Shown here: piece after piece, positions 9,456 through 18,876 of the stretch
Layout of the letters: the number at the start of each line of letters is the position of its first letter
Position numbering within the stretch: position 1 is the first letter of the stretch
Assembly (NCBI GenBank): GCA_963712745.1
Contig: CAVQJC010000010.1
Coordinates: 32,001 to 96,000 of the forward strand
Source: an uncultured Chloroflexia bacterium
GTDB taxonomy: Bacteria > Chloroflexota > Limnocylindria > Limnocylindrales > CSP1-4
Length of the DNA: 64,000 bases
Direction: 5' to 3'
The notes under the pieces: generated by a model
Databases searched by the model: none
The model's input: the letters and a program-made list of their open reading frames with translations, nothing else
Told to the model about the DNA's origin: nothing
Program-made: the position numbers and the translations under genes

Positions 9456-9629
9456 AAGCTCGGGATCGAGCGACCGCCGTGTCCGAGGGGCCCCGCGGGG
9501 CGTGTCCACCTCGACGGCTACATCCGCAACCGCTACAGCACGAACGAGCGGCCACGCTTCCGCTGCCTGCCTGACGACGGCAAGACGCCCTCACACGGAC
9601 CAGCCGAGGACAAGGACGAAGCGAGCTGA
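9456..9629 (+). pseudogene. Cys-containing fragment resembling a zinc-ribbon transposase N-terminus
   Basis: KLGIERPPCPRGPAGRVHLDGY...RPRFRCLP; no clean start or continuation. Confidence 0.35.
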
Positions 9630-9781
9630 CCCGCGGGCGACCTCTACCGCTCCGTCGCGGCCCCGTCCTGCTCGCGCATCGAAGCCCTTGACCGGGTTCC
9701 CGCCGACCGCGTAGACCCGCCCGTCCTCGTCTGTGGCTGCGTCCTACACCGCGAACTTGCCAATCGCCGTACCCGGACGTA

Positions 9782-10351
9782 TCAGAGCCGAAGGCGCATG
9801 GCGCATCGGCGGTCGGCTTGCTGCCCGGCCTGGACCTCCAGCTCGAGGATGCGGCGCAGTCGGGAGCTGCACGCTTCGGGGTCGATGACCTCGTAGCCGA
9901 GCGACGCGTAGAACGGTCCGTTCCAGGGCACATCGCTGAAGGTCGTGAGGGTCAGCGCACAGGCTCCGGCGTCACGGGCCTGTGCCTCGATGCGTGCCAT
10001 GAGCCGCGAGCCGATGCCCTGCTGCTGATACGGCTCGCCGACGGCGACCTCCCAGACGTGGACCTCGTGCTCGACGAGCTCGGCACAGATGAACCCCACC
10101 GGGGCGCCGGCGATATCGGCGACCCATGACCAGCCGGCTGCGGCGAAGCGGCGATGTTGGGCCTCATCGAGCACGTCATCGCCGACGATCCACGAGAGCT
10201 CGGGGATGGTCGCGAAGGAGCGGGCTGCAGACCGCTCGACAGCGGGAAGCTGTCGGACGTCGGCGTCCGTGGTGCGGCGGATGGTGATGCGTGTCGCGTC
10301 GATGACATCCTCCTCGTCCACCACGATGCGGCGGATGGGCCGAAGTGGCAA
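9782..10351 (-). CDS. GNAT N-acetyltransferase
   Basis: EVAVGEPYQQQGIGSRL, LTLTTFSDVPWNGPFYASLGY; start uncertain. Confidence 0.9.
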   Translation of the reverse strand: MPLRPIRRIVVDEEDVIDATRITIRRTTDADVRQLPAVERSAARSFATIPELSWIVGDDVLDEAQHRRFAAAGWSWVADIAGAPVGFICAELVEHEVHVWEVAVGEPYQQQGIGSRLMARIEAQARDAGACALTLTTFSDVPWNGPFYASLGYEVIDPEACSSRLRRILELEVQAGQQADRRCAMRLRL

Positions 10352-10455
10352 TACCCGGGGACCCGCTTGACGCGGGGAGCGGCAGGTGCGTGCTTCGCCA
10401 GGCCGGCTCGCCTACGAGGCAGAGATGCAGCGAGTACCGCTGTCAAACGTCGAGT

Positions 10456-10510
10456 ACCGCTGAAAGAGAGCGGGTCATGTCTGGTCGTCGCCACCATGGC
10501 GATGCACGCG
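10456..10510 (+). repeat. Repeat A copy 5 (left half)
   Basis: AGCGGGTCATGTCTGGTCGTCGCCACCATGGCGATG. Confidence 0.8.
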
Positions 10511-10539
10511 CTGCAGGCGGCCGAGGCGGCACGATGTCG

Positions 10540-11174
10540 CTATTCGGTGGGCCAGTCGGCGCTGTAGTTCAGCATGCCCTCGGACATGACCGGAACCGGA
10601 GTCCCCGGCTGAGACAGCGGTTCGGCTTCGAAGATGTAGCCCTCGTAGGTCAGTTCGTAGGGACCGTGGGCCAGCACCTCGGCCGTCCCGTGCAACAGTG
10701 CGTAGAGGCCCTCGTAGGCGCCCTCGCCTTCGAGCCTGTAGAAGCCGTACTGGTCCTCGCCGGAACCAGCCTTGACGAAGCGCCCACTCCCGTGCCAACT
10801 CCCGTCCTCGTCCTCCGGCAGGTGGTTGGTGGTGGTCGTGACCGCGCCCTTCTCCGTGTCCCAGTCATAGACCATCTGGTAGCGCGCCGTGAACCAGTGC
10901 CTGGCCGGAAGACGGGGGTCGCTCCACTCGACCGACTGCTCGATGAGGCCAACGGGCGCATCACACACTCTGGAGTAGCCACGCACGTCGGGACACGGGC
11001 TCGGCTCCGGTTCGTCCGCTGCCGACACACCGTCGTGAGCCCACTGCTCGACCACGGTCACGATGACGAAGGTACGGGTGCCGGTTCCTCGTCCTGCGCA
11101 GCCACAGTCACGGACAGACCACCGACCAGCATCAGGATGACCGCCCCAACCAGAGATAGTCGGAATTGACGCAT
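10540..11174 (-). pseudogene. Secreted protein of the 'SDPRL...GEGAYEGL' family, frameshifted near 11065
   Basis: RBS GAGGAGG plus signal peptide MRQFRLSLVG... in one frame; body WSDPRL...LEGEGAYEGLYA in another. Confidence 0.7.
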
Positions 11175-11223
11175 GACAAGCCTCCTCGGCTCGTACACGG
11201 GTCGGGTTCGCCAGTGGCTCATC

Positions 11224-11288
11224 GCGGTCCAGGCGGCCAACGTACGTGGGCCGCGTCTCGCAGCCTCCCGCTACGTAGATCCTCCCGC
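11224..11288 (-). repeat. Repeat B copy 2
   Basis: GCGGTCCAGGCGGCCAACGTACGTGGGCCGC...GCCTCCCGCTACG. Confidence 0.8.
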
Positions 11289-11319
11289 GGGCGTCTACCA
11301 GCCCCGAGTGCTACTCCAG

Positions 11320-11424
11320 AATCGCCACGTATGACGGGTTTGGCCTGATCGTCGCCGCCAGGGCGACGTACGGCCCAGCGCCGTCCGGCCCTTGACCCGC
11401 AGGGCAGGGCGCGGAGGATGGGGA
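11320..11424 (+). repeat. Repeat A copy 6 (full)
   Basis: AATCGCCACGTATGACGGGTTTGGCCTGATCGTCGCC...GCCGTCCGGCCCTTGACCCGC-N-GAGGATGGGG. Confidence 0.85.
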
Positions 11425-11487
11425 CGCACGAGGGAGGACCCGAGATGCGGCATCTCCTCGCGACCTCGACCGCCCTCGCCCTCGCGA

Positions 11488-11589
11488 GCCCGCGACCTGC
11501 TTGGGCGCGTCCTGGAGGCAGAGTCCCGCCTCCTCGGGCTCGAGCACCCGCACACGCTCAACACCAGTGACAGTCTGGCGGCACTGGGA
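11488..11589 (+). pseudogene. Isolated TPR repeat remnant (kinesin-light-chain-like)
   Basis: ARDLLGRVLEAESRLLGLEHPHTLNTSDSLAALG. Confidence 0.6.
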
Positions 11590-11649
11590 GTGCCTGACCC
11601 AGAGGCGACCGACCGACTAGGACTGGCCGACTCGAGGGGTCCACCCATG

Positions 11650-11680
11650 AATCGCCATGAACAGCGGGTCATGTCTGGTG
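11650..11680 (+). repeat. Repeat A copy 7 (core only)
   Basis: AATCGCCATGAACAGCGGGTCATGTCTGGT. Confidence 0.8.
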
Positions 11681-11863
11681 AGTACTTCCGCTCTGGGCTC
11701 GCGCCGCTCGGCCGTCTCCGACGGCGGCCGCAGATGGTCCGAGGCTTGTGGCATCATCACCCGCGCCCTGCAGCTCGCTGTCAGCCCTGAGGGGTCCGGT
11801 CGCGTCCGTACGCAGGCTCCGGGGATTGACATCTGCGCTGGCTCGTGAGGGAGATCCCGTCAA

Positions 11864-12955
11864 GTGTCGACCTGGCTCGTCGAATCTGAGTATTCGCTCG
11901 CCTTCTTCGTCGTGCTCGTGCTCCTACTGCTGGCCCCGTGGCTTTCACGCCAGTACGCGAGATACGGCCGCCTGACGGGCTGGCCGGGACTACTGTCCGC
12001 CGGCACCGTGGCCTACGTCTGCGCCCTGGTGGCGTTCACGCTCTTCCCGGTGCCGCAGCTCAGCCCCGAGATCTGCGCAGACCAGGTCCCGGGCGCACAT
12101 CTTCGCCTCATGCCCCTGCAATCCTTCGCGGGCGCCTGGGCCGAGGTCGGCCGCATCGGCCCGGTCGCGTCGCTGACCTCGTTCGCTACGCTCCAGATCG
12201 TCTTCAACGTGGTGTTCTTCGTGCCGCTGGGGTTCCTGCTCGGTCACCGCTGGCGGAAGGGCCTGGTCACGACCTTCCTGATCGGCTTCGGGGTCTCGCT
12301 GCTCATCGAGTCGACGCAGGGCTCGGCTGTCTGGGGCCTCTTCCCGTGTCCATACCGGGTAGCGGAGGTTGACGACCTCATCACGAACACGACCGGCGCG
12401 GCTATCGGCTGGCTCGTGGCTTTCATCCTGCGCGATCGCCTGCCCGACCCCGATCCGAAGGCGGTCGCCGACGCTGCATCGCCCGGACTGATCCGGCGAG
12501 CCGGAGCAGTCCTCATCGACGTGCTCGTCATCTTCGAGATCGTCATCATCAGCGCGCTCATCGCGCTCGGCGTTCTGCTGGCCTTCGATGCCACCGGGGC
12601 CCAGGTCCTCGACGGCGCGGAGCTTGCCATCGATGCCGTCCAGCTGGTCGTCCTCGGGCTCCTCCTCGTGGTCGTTCCCAGCCGGCGGGCGGACCGCGCG
12701 ACGCCGGGGACAGCCGCCCTGCACCTTGCGGTGAGCGCGAGCGACGGCTCCCCGGCACGTCTCCATCAGCTGTTGATACGAGCCATGATCCGCTACCTGC
12801 CCCTACTGATCATCGGGCTGCCATGGGTGGCGTTCGGACTCCTGGACCTCCTGGTCGCCCTACTCCGCGCCGACCGCCGAACGTTGACGGACCTGGTCTC
12901 GAGTACCGTGACGGTGACCCGGACCACCCGGCAGACACGACGGCAGTCCGCGTAG
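11864..12955 (+). CDS. VanZ-family membrane protein with C-terminal RDD-like domain
   Basis: FNVVFFVPLG, SLLIESTQ, YRVAEVDDLITNTTG; then RRAGAVLID, TPG, RRTLTDLVSST. Confidence 0.88.
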   Translation: MSTWLVESEYSLAFFVVLVLLLLAPWLSRQYARYGRLTGWPGLLSAGTVAYVCALVAFTLFPVPQLSPEICADQVPGAHLRLMPLQSFAGAWAEVGRIGPVASLTSFATLQIVFNVVFFVPLGFLLGHRWRKGLVTTFLIGFGVSLLIESTQGSAVWGLFPCPYRVAEVDDLITNTTGAAIGWLVAFILRDRLPDPDPKAVADAASPGLIRRAGAVLIDVLVIFEIVIISALIALGVLLAFDATGAQVLDGAELAIDAVQLVVLGLLLVVVPSRRADRATPGTAALHLAVSASDGSPARLHQLLIRAMIRYLPLLIIGLPWVAFGLLDLLVALLRADRRTLTDLVSSTVTVTRTTRQTRRQSA

Positions 12956-13183
12956 GGTCGGCGACGGACGGGGCGCCGCGGAGGTGGCTCTGCCAGACCA
13001 TGACCACCGACATGACATGCAAGGCCGCGACGCCCGAACCGACGACAGCAGGGAGTTCCGCGTTCGATCCCCAAGTGTGCTCCGTCGACATCCCGGGCCA
13101 GCGCGGCCTTCGCTTCGACTGGCACACGCGGAGGCCATACGGTCTGGGCGATGAGAGCCGACCCGAGGGCTCCGAAAGTCAGG

Positions 13184-13212
13184 ATCGCCATGCGTAGCGG
13201 GTTTGGTCTGGT
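13184..13212 (+). repeat. Repeat A copy 8 (core only)
   Basis: ATCGCCATGCGTAGCGGGTTTGGTCTGGT. Confidence 0.8.
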
Positions 13213-13240
13213 GCGTTCACGCTCTGCGCAAGCGGATCTG

Positions 13241-14289
13241 TCAATCAGCGGTCCGCCACAGCTCCCAGACGGGTGGGCGGCGAACGATGGACAGCTCCCT
13301 GATCTCGTCACCCCGCTGCAGCTTGAGGTCGAGGTTCTGCCCGATCGCTCCCTCTGGCACGTCCATGCTGGTCTCAACCGGCCGGCCGTCCGCCTCAAGG
13401 ATGATATCGCCGACCTGGACGCCGGCCGCATCCGCTGCGCCACCGGGGACGACACCGTTGATGAGGTTCGGAGTGATGGAGTAGTCCATCCGGATCCCGA
13501 GCCAGCCGAGCTGCGGACAGAGGTCTCCTGGCTCAGGCACCACGCCATCGAGCAGGAACTGCAGCAGTCGCTCGTCGAGGCACGGGTCGACGCCGGCCAA
13601 GGCGACTGCGTGACCGGACCCGTCCCAGGTCAGCAGGGTCGCGTTCGGCCCCAGCTCCTCGGCCAGGGCGACACTCCACGCATAGGGCGTGATGGCATCG
13701 TACGAGTTGCCCACCACCACGATCGGGGCCGAGCCGGTGTAGTCCACGGCCGGGATACCGGAGCCCGAGACAGGCCACAGATCGCAGGGCACACTCCAGA
13801 CCGGGCCGGCGTTGGGTGCCAGCGCGAAGGTCCGCTCCGCCTCCTCGAGCAGGTCCGCGGAGGTACCCGCGTACGGGCTCCCGTCCGCGCAGATGACAGC
13901 CTCGCGTGAAGCCGCACCTCCCGCAGGAGCCGCGAAGAAGCTGGTCACGTCCAGCAGCGAACCATCGCCATCGAGCGCCATGGCCAGCCCGGGGGCCACA
14001 TCGAGGATGACCCGGGGGAAGGTGTACAGCGCGTCGATGGCAGCCTCGAACCGTGGTTCCTCCAACGACCCGATGTCGCCGTGCCTGATGAGCTCGTCAC
14101 GGACCTTTGCGATGGCCGACAGGAGCCCGATGTCCGACACGGGACACGCCTCCCACGCGTCACACGAGCGATCAAGGCGCTGCAACTGGTCCTCGAAGGC
14201 CTCGGCTCGCCTGTCGCTGTTGACGAGTGCGGGGTCGTTGACGACCGCAGAGTCCAGGACCACGGTCCCTGCGCGCGGCGGCGAAGGCT
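13241..14289 (-). pseudogene. 5'-truncated TAP-like alpha/beta hydrolase with C-terminal PDZ
   Basis: VLDS, ICAD, PIVVVGNSYDAITPY, GSGH; PDZ GWLGI...GGAADAAGVQVGDII; lacks the GxSxG motif and N-terminus; open frame stops at repeat A9. Confidence 0.75.
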
Positions 14290-14361
14290 AATCGCGTTGA
14301 ACAACGGGTGATGTCTGGTCGTCGCCACAATGGCAAGGCGCGCCGCTGTCCGTCCGGCCCT
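14290..14361 (+). repeat. Repeat A copy 9 (ends just before the -35)
   Basis: AATCGCGTTGAACAACGGGTGATGTCTGGTCGTCGCCACAATGGCAAGGCGCGCCGC..CCGTCCGGCCCT. Confidence 0.85.
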
Positions 14362-14409
14362 GCGTCTACGCGCGAGACGCATCTACGCTGGTGCAGCAGT
14401 CTTCTCGGC

Positions 14410-14662
14410 ATTCCTCGCGGCCGACTCCATCGACCTGGTCCCACCCGACGAGACTGAGACCCGCCCGGTCATCACTGACCTCGGCCCTGTCATCGAGGCC
14501 GGCCGCATCGTGCGACCTGAGGTGGGCTTCGCGGTCACGTTCCCCGACGACTGGACCGTCCGGGAACCGACACCCGCGGGCGCAGCGTCGCTGATGGCGG
14601 GCTCGGACCCTCGCGCGGACGCCCAGCTGCTGGCCGACTCCGCAGAACGAGGTGAGGTCTGC
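14410..14662 (+). pseudogene. Internal fragment of the PsbP-like paralog family
   Basis: GRIVRPEVGFAVTFPDDWTV...GEVC; cut at repeat A10. Confidence 0.65.
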
Positions 14663-14741
14663 ACGGGTGATGCCTGGTCGTCGTCGCTGCGCCGCCGGGC
14701 CGTCCGGCCCTTGACCCACCGGGTGGCGCGCACAGGATAGG
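14663..14741 (+). repeat. Repeat A copy 10
   Basis: ACGGGTGATGCCTGGTCGTCG...GCCGGGCCGTCCGGCCCTTGACCC-N-CAGGATAGG. Confidence 0.85.
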
Positions 14742-14765
14742 TCGTATCCGCACTGGGGGACCGTC

Positions 14766-15524
14766 ATGCACCGGTACCTGGCTATCCTCACGCTCGGGCT
14801 CCTGACGGCGATTCTGTCGGGGTGCCAGCTGCTCGGGGCACTCCTGCCCGATGGCGCGGGCGGACTCCCCATGGCAGGGACCTGCGCCACCTATCAGGTG
14901 GTCGCTACCGAGGACCGGGCGGCCACCCCGGAGATCCTCGAGCAGACGCGAACGATCATCGCGAATCGCGTCAACGCCACCGGTGTGGCAGAGCCTGTCG
15001 TCGTCACCCAGGGCGAGGACCGCATCTCGGTCGACCTAACAGGGCTGGAGGCCGAGTCCGACTTCGGCAGCGTCAGGAGCCTCATCGGCACGACCGGTGT
15101 GCTCGAGTTCACCCCGGTCCCACCCGCTTGTGCATCCGAGGTCCTCCAAGGTGCTCGACTGCCTGCGTGCATGCTCGGCGTCGAACCGATCTTCGATGGC
15201 ACCGAAATCGCGGCAGCCCGCGTCGAACAGGACCAGACCACCAGCGAGATCGTGGTCAACCTCGAGCTCAAGGACAACGGCGCACGCCTCTTCGACGAGC
15301 ACGCCGCCGACCACTTCGGCGAGCAATTCGCCATCGTCCTCGACGGCATCGTCGAGTCGGCGCCCTCCATCAACGCCAGGCGCTTCGGTGGCCAGGCTCA
15401 GATAAGCGGCGACTTCACCATCGAGCAGGCCACCAACCTGATCGCGGTCATGAGGTACGGCCCCCTGCCCCTGGAGATCCGCGAGGTCGGCTTCGGCGCA
15501 TGTGAGCCGCTGGGCTCGTCCTGA
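14766..15524 (+). CDS. Lipoprotein consisting of a SecD-like periplasmic P1/head domain
   Basis: Lipobox LSGC; IIANRVNATGVAEPVV.TQGEDRI.V, IGTTGVLEF, FAIVLDG.V.SAP.I, LRYG.LP-like; no TM bundle. Confidence 0.8.
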   Translation: MHRYLAILTLGLLTAILSGCQLLGALLPDGAGGLPMAGTCATYQVVATEDRAATPEILEQTRTIIANRVNATGVAEPVVVTQGEDRISVDLTGLEAESDFGSVRSLIGTTGVLEFTPVPPACASEVLQGARLPACMLGVEPIFDGTEIAAARVEQDQTTSEIVVNLELKDNGARLFDEHAADHFGEQFAIVLDGIVESAPSINARRFGGQAQISGDFTIEQATNLIAVMRYGPLPLEIREVGFGACEPLGSS

Positions 15525-15634
15525 GCGGAGCGGGGCGTACGGGCCAGCCAGCCGGGGCCACGACACCGACGACCAGTCTGCGCAGGTCGTCGGGCTCACC
15601 TCTTCGACTCACGGACTGCGGCAAGGCACCGGCC

Positions 15635-15740
15635 AAACCGCCATGCATAGAGGGTGATGTCTGGTCGTCGCCGCCATGGCATCGCACGCTGCCGGGCCCT
15701 CCGGCCCTTGACCTATTGAACGGGACGGCGAGGATGTAGG
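15635..15740 (+). repeat. Repeat A copy 11 (full)
   Basis: AAACCGCCATGCATAGAGGGTGATGTCTGGTCGTCGCCGCCATGGC...TCCGGCCCTTGACC-N16-GAGGATG. Confidence 0.88.
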
Positions 15741-15749
15741 CCAAGGGGG

Positions 15750-16439
15750 GTGCACATGCCCGACGGCCTGGTGCTGGTCATCCTGCTAGCGGTCGTCCTC
15801 TCGCTCGTGGGGACGGTGGGACGAGGACCGCGTCGGCAGGGCGTCGAGACCAAGACCGTGCGCTACAGCGCCCGGACCATCGACGATGCGCAGCGCCGCT
15901 ATTCTGCGGACGCCACCCTCTTCACGAGCACCGGCTGGGCCGTCCACTCGGTGGCCTGGGACGTGCAGGCGCAGCGGCCGACCCTGGTGGCGACCTATGC
16001 ACGGTTCGCTGGGGAGGACCCACGCCTGGAGCTGGCTGAGTGGTCGCTGCGATCGCTGGCCGGGTTCCGCAGGTACGCCGCGGCCATCCTGACTGCGATC
16101 GCCGTTCCCGTCATCGCGTCGGTCCTGCTCGAAGACACCGGCGTGTCCACCGGCGTCGGTGCCGTCGCGATGCTGTCGTTGCTCGTCCTCGGGGTCGTCT
16201 TCGGGGTGCGCTCGGAGCATCTGGCCAAGGGACCGGACAAGTGGCTCGATTGGTCGGTGGTCATCGTCGGAGCGATCCTCGGAGGCTTCGCTGTCCTCGT
16301 GTTCGTCGTGTTCGTCGCCATGTTCGGCAGCCTCTTTGGGCTGTACACGGCAGCCGCGGTGTTCGGCGCCTGGCTCGCGCTGCGCTCGGCCATCGCGGGA
16401 GCACGGATGCTCACCTCTCGGCGACAGCGGCCAGCCTGA
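15750..16439 (+). CDS. Hypothetical membrane protein
   Basis: Starts 10-16 bp after repeat A11; N-terminal TM, small soluble domain, about 4 TMs. Confidence 0.7.
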   Translation: MHMPDGLVLVILLAVVLSLVGTVGRGPRRQGVETKTVRYSARTIDDAQRRYSADATLFTSTGWAVHSVAWDVQAQRPTLVATYARFAGEDPRLELAEWSLRSLAGFRRYAAAILTAIAVPVIASVLLEDTGVSTGVGAVAMLSLLVLGVVFGVRSEHLAKGPDKWLDWSVVIVGAILGGFAVLVFVVFVAMFGSLFGLYTAAAVFGAWLALRSAIAGARMLTSRRQRPA

Positions 16440-16454
16440 CCTTCTTTGGCGCGG

Positions 16455-16479
16455 GCAAGGTTCGTTCCGTGAACCTTGC
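16455..16479 (+). terminator. Hairpin after the membrane protein gene
   Basis: GCAAGGTTC-GTTCCGT-GAACCTTGC. Confidence 0.4.
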
Positions 16480-16505
16480 ATGAGCACACCCGTTCCCGCG
16501 CCGCA

Positions 16506-16560
16506 ACGCCGCCGGGTCGTCCAGCCCTTCACCCGCGGAGCGGGGTGCGGAGGATCGGGT
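16506..16560 (+). repeat. Repeat A copy 12 (right half, degenerate)
   Basis: ACGCCGCCGGGTCGTCCAGCCCTTCACCCGCGGAGCGGGGTGCGGAGGATCGGG. Confidence 0.75.
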
Positions 16561-16805
16561 GACAAGCCGGTTGGGGGGCGTAATGGCAAAGCGAGTGGGG
16601 CTGCTGGCTGGGTTGGTGGTGGTCTTGACGCTGGGGACTGGGGTGGTGGCGCAGGAGCCGATGCCAGAGCCGCCACCGTGGTTCGGCGGCCGTGCCGTCT
16701 CGCGGAGGTAGCGCCGTCGACTCGTCGTCCCGGTGGACATGGCGGTTGGCGGGGAGTAGCGTTCCGGCCTTGACATGCTGGGGGCTGGCATCCGGAGGTC
16801 TTGTT

Positions 16806-17828
16806 ATGGATCGAAAGAGGTCGCATCTTCGATCGGCTACCGTGGTGGCCCTGGCAATCTCACTGCCTGGAGCGGTCGTCGCGCAGGACATGCCAGCCTC
16901 GCCCGAGGGGCGGACATGGGAGCTTGCCGCGTACATGGACGATGCCGGCATGGCCACGGTGCCGGACGACCCGACCGCGACCCTCATGCTGGTTGACGGC
17001 GTCGCGTCGGGCAGCGCCGGCTGCAACCAGTTCTCCGGCAGCTACGAGCTCGACGGTGCATCGCTCACGTTCGCGCCGGAGTTGGCGCTGACGATGATGG
17101 CCTGCAAACCAGCGGCGGAGGAACTCGAGACTGCGTACATGGCCCTGCTGCCGACGACGAACTCGTGGCAGTCGACCGACGCGGGGCTCCAGCTCCTCGA
17201 TGCCGAAGGTGCCGTCATCCTCGAGTACACCGGGCAGGAGCCGGATCTCGCGACGGTAGTCGCGCTGCTGGAGGCGTTGCGCGCCGAGGTGAGCGAGCTG
17301 CGGTCACGCGTCGATGCGCTCGAGGCGACCGAAACCGCAGATGGCGGGTCCCAGGCAGGTGGCAGCGAGCGAGCCAGCAAGCCCACGGCTCCGAGGTCGC
17401 GAGGCAAGGTCAAGACCCGGTTTCCCGCCTGGATGCGCGATGGCGTCCCGCCGGACCGGATCGAGGACCTGAACCGTGAGGTCGTCCGCTGGCGCGACCG
17501 CGCCGACGACGAGGATGGCTTCCGCGTCTATGCCCGTCGTGGCTTCTGCGAGCTCAGGCCCGGCTCCGACCCGAACCAGCCAGTGGGCGAGGACGACTTC
17601 CGGCGCTCACGTACGAAGGCCGCGCTGATAGAAGAGCTGCCCGCCGACACGAACCGCTATCGGCCCGACCACGAGGCCATCGACGCGGCCCTGCCGGAGG
17701 TGCCGGAATCGCCCTACTCGAACGACCAGTTCTACGACCTGTACGTCGCCGCGTTCAACGACGCCGGTGAGACGAAGCCGGTGCGGGTCGCGTCGTTCTT
17801 CCTGACGCCGGAGTTCCGCTGCCCGTAG
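16806..17828 (+). CDS. Secreted META-domain (HslJ-like) protein
   Basis: RBS GGAGG; signal peptide; GSAGCNQFSGSY...TMMAC; coiled coil and an unknown C-terminal domain. Confidence 0.85.
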   Translation: MDRKRSHLRSATVVALAISLPGAVVAQDMPASPEGRTWELAAYMDDAGMATVPDDPTATLMLVDGVASGSAGCNQFSGSYELDGASLTFAPELALTMMACKPAAEELETAYMALLPTTNSWQSTDAGLQLLDAEGAVILEYTGQEPDLATVVALLEALRAEVSELRSRVDALEATETADGGSQAGGSERASKPTAPRSRGKVKTRFPAWMRDGVPPDRIEDLNREVVRWRDRADDEDGFRVYARRGFCELRPGSDPNQPVGEDDFRRSRTKAALIEELPADTNRYRPDHEAIDAALPEVPESPYSNDQFYDLYVAAFNDAGETKPVRVASFFLTPEFRCP

Positions 17829-17860
17829 GCAAGGCCGGCTCCAAGAAGGCATGGAGATAA

Positions 17861-17890
17861 TCGCCGTCGCCGTCGCCGTCGCCGTCGCCG
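17861..17890. repeat. (TCGCCG)5 microsatellite
   Basis: Five perfect hexamers, intergenic. Confidence 0.85.
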
Positions 17891-18044
17891 AAATCGACCG
17901 CGCGGCCAAGCATCGCTGACCGCCTCCTTCGATGTATCCCCGACCTCGACGTCGCGGGATTGTCGGCGGTCCGATCACGCCCGATCCCCGCATCCCATGG
18001 CCAAGCCAACCCTACTGCCCGGACACATCCTCCGGAGTCATCCG

Positions 18045-18149
18045 AAATCGCCATGCATAGCGGGTTTGGCCTGGTCGTCGCCACCATGGCAAGGCGCGCC
18101 GCCGGGCCGTCCGGCCCTTGACCCGCTGAGCGGGGGGCGGAGGATGGGG
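18045..18149 (+). repeat. Repeat A copy 13 (full; reference copy)
   Basis: AAATCGCCATGCATAGCGGGTTTGGCCTGGTCGTCGCCACCATGGCAAGGCGCGCCGCCGGGCCGTCCGGCCCTTGACCCGCTGAGCGGGGGGCGGAGGATGGGG. Confidence 0.9.
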
Positions 18150-18217
18150 CCATGGCTTGGTTCAGACCGGCTCGCAATAGGGACCATCCCGGAGATCCGC
18201 CTCCCAAGTGGGCACCC

Positions 18218-18838
18218 ATGGGCAGAGCTGGCCGCGTGGTCCTCGTGATCACCGTCATCGTGGGGGTGGTCATCGCCCTCCTGATCATGTCGACCAGGAC
18301 GGCTGGCGCAGCCGACGGCACGGACGGACCCGCCGCCACCGCGGAGTCAGTGGCCCCGCCATCGTTCGGCCAGCGGGTCGAGGTACCCGAGGCAGGTTTC
18401 GCGGTTACGTTCCCGCTCGATTGGGAGGTCAGCATCGACACCAGCGATGTGCCCGGCGAAGGGGGAACCTTCGCGGTGGTCTCCGGTCGGGAAGCCGCGA
18501 GCGATGTCACCTGCGAGGTATACCTGTACGGCCCCTGCACCGGGTCCTCGTTCGGCGACTGCGCTGCGGCCCTCGACGAGGTAGCCGCACGCATGGTCGC
18601 CTACTTCGAGGGCGACGAGTCGTCCTCCCGGACCGATGAGTCCGCGGCGATGGACCTCCCGGCGGGCTACGCCGTCCGGGTCGATACCGAGTGGATCGAC
18701 GAGGGCGTCTTCGGCTCCCTGTACCTGCTGACCGACGGGAAGGTCCACGACTCCCTGCGATGCCGTGGCTCGGAGCGTCCTGAGGACCGCTGGCTCTCCA
18801 TCGCCGAGACCTTCGCCTTCCTGCCCGCCGAGGAGTAG
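18218..18838 (+). CDS. Membrane-anchored single-domain PsbP-like family paralog
   Basis: QRVEVPEAGFAVTFPLDW...DLPAG...EDRWLSIAETFAFLPAEE. Confidence 0.8.
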   Translation: MGRAGRVVLVITVIVGVVIALLIMSTRTAGAADGTDGPAATAESVAPPSFGQRVEVPEAGFAVTFPLDWEVSIDTSDVPGEGGTFAVVSGREAASDVTCEVYLYGPCTGSSFGDCAAALDEVAARMVAYFEGDESSSRTDESAAMDLPAGYAVRVDTEWIDEGVFGSLYLLTDGKVHDSLRCRGSERPEDRWLSIAETFAFLPAEE

Positions 18839-18876
18839 GCGGGCGAGGGCCAGTGCAGGGTCCGCTGGCTTCAGGG

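Noticed and set aside
16561-16680. G-rich low-complexity tract encoding a Pro-rich peptide on the minus strand
   Set aside because: No credible start or domain; probably decayed sequence.
16759-16800. Further repeat A-like bits (TCCGGCCTTGAC here; also near 8650 and 9684)
   Set aside because: Matches too short to count as copies.
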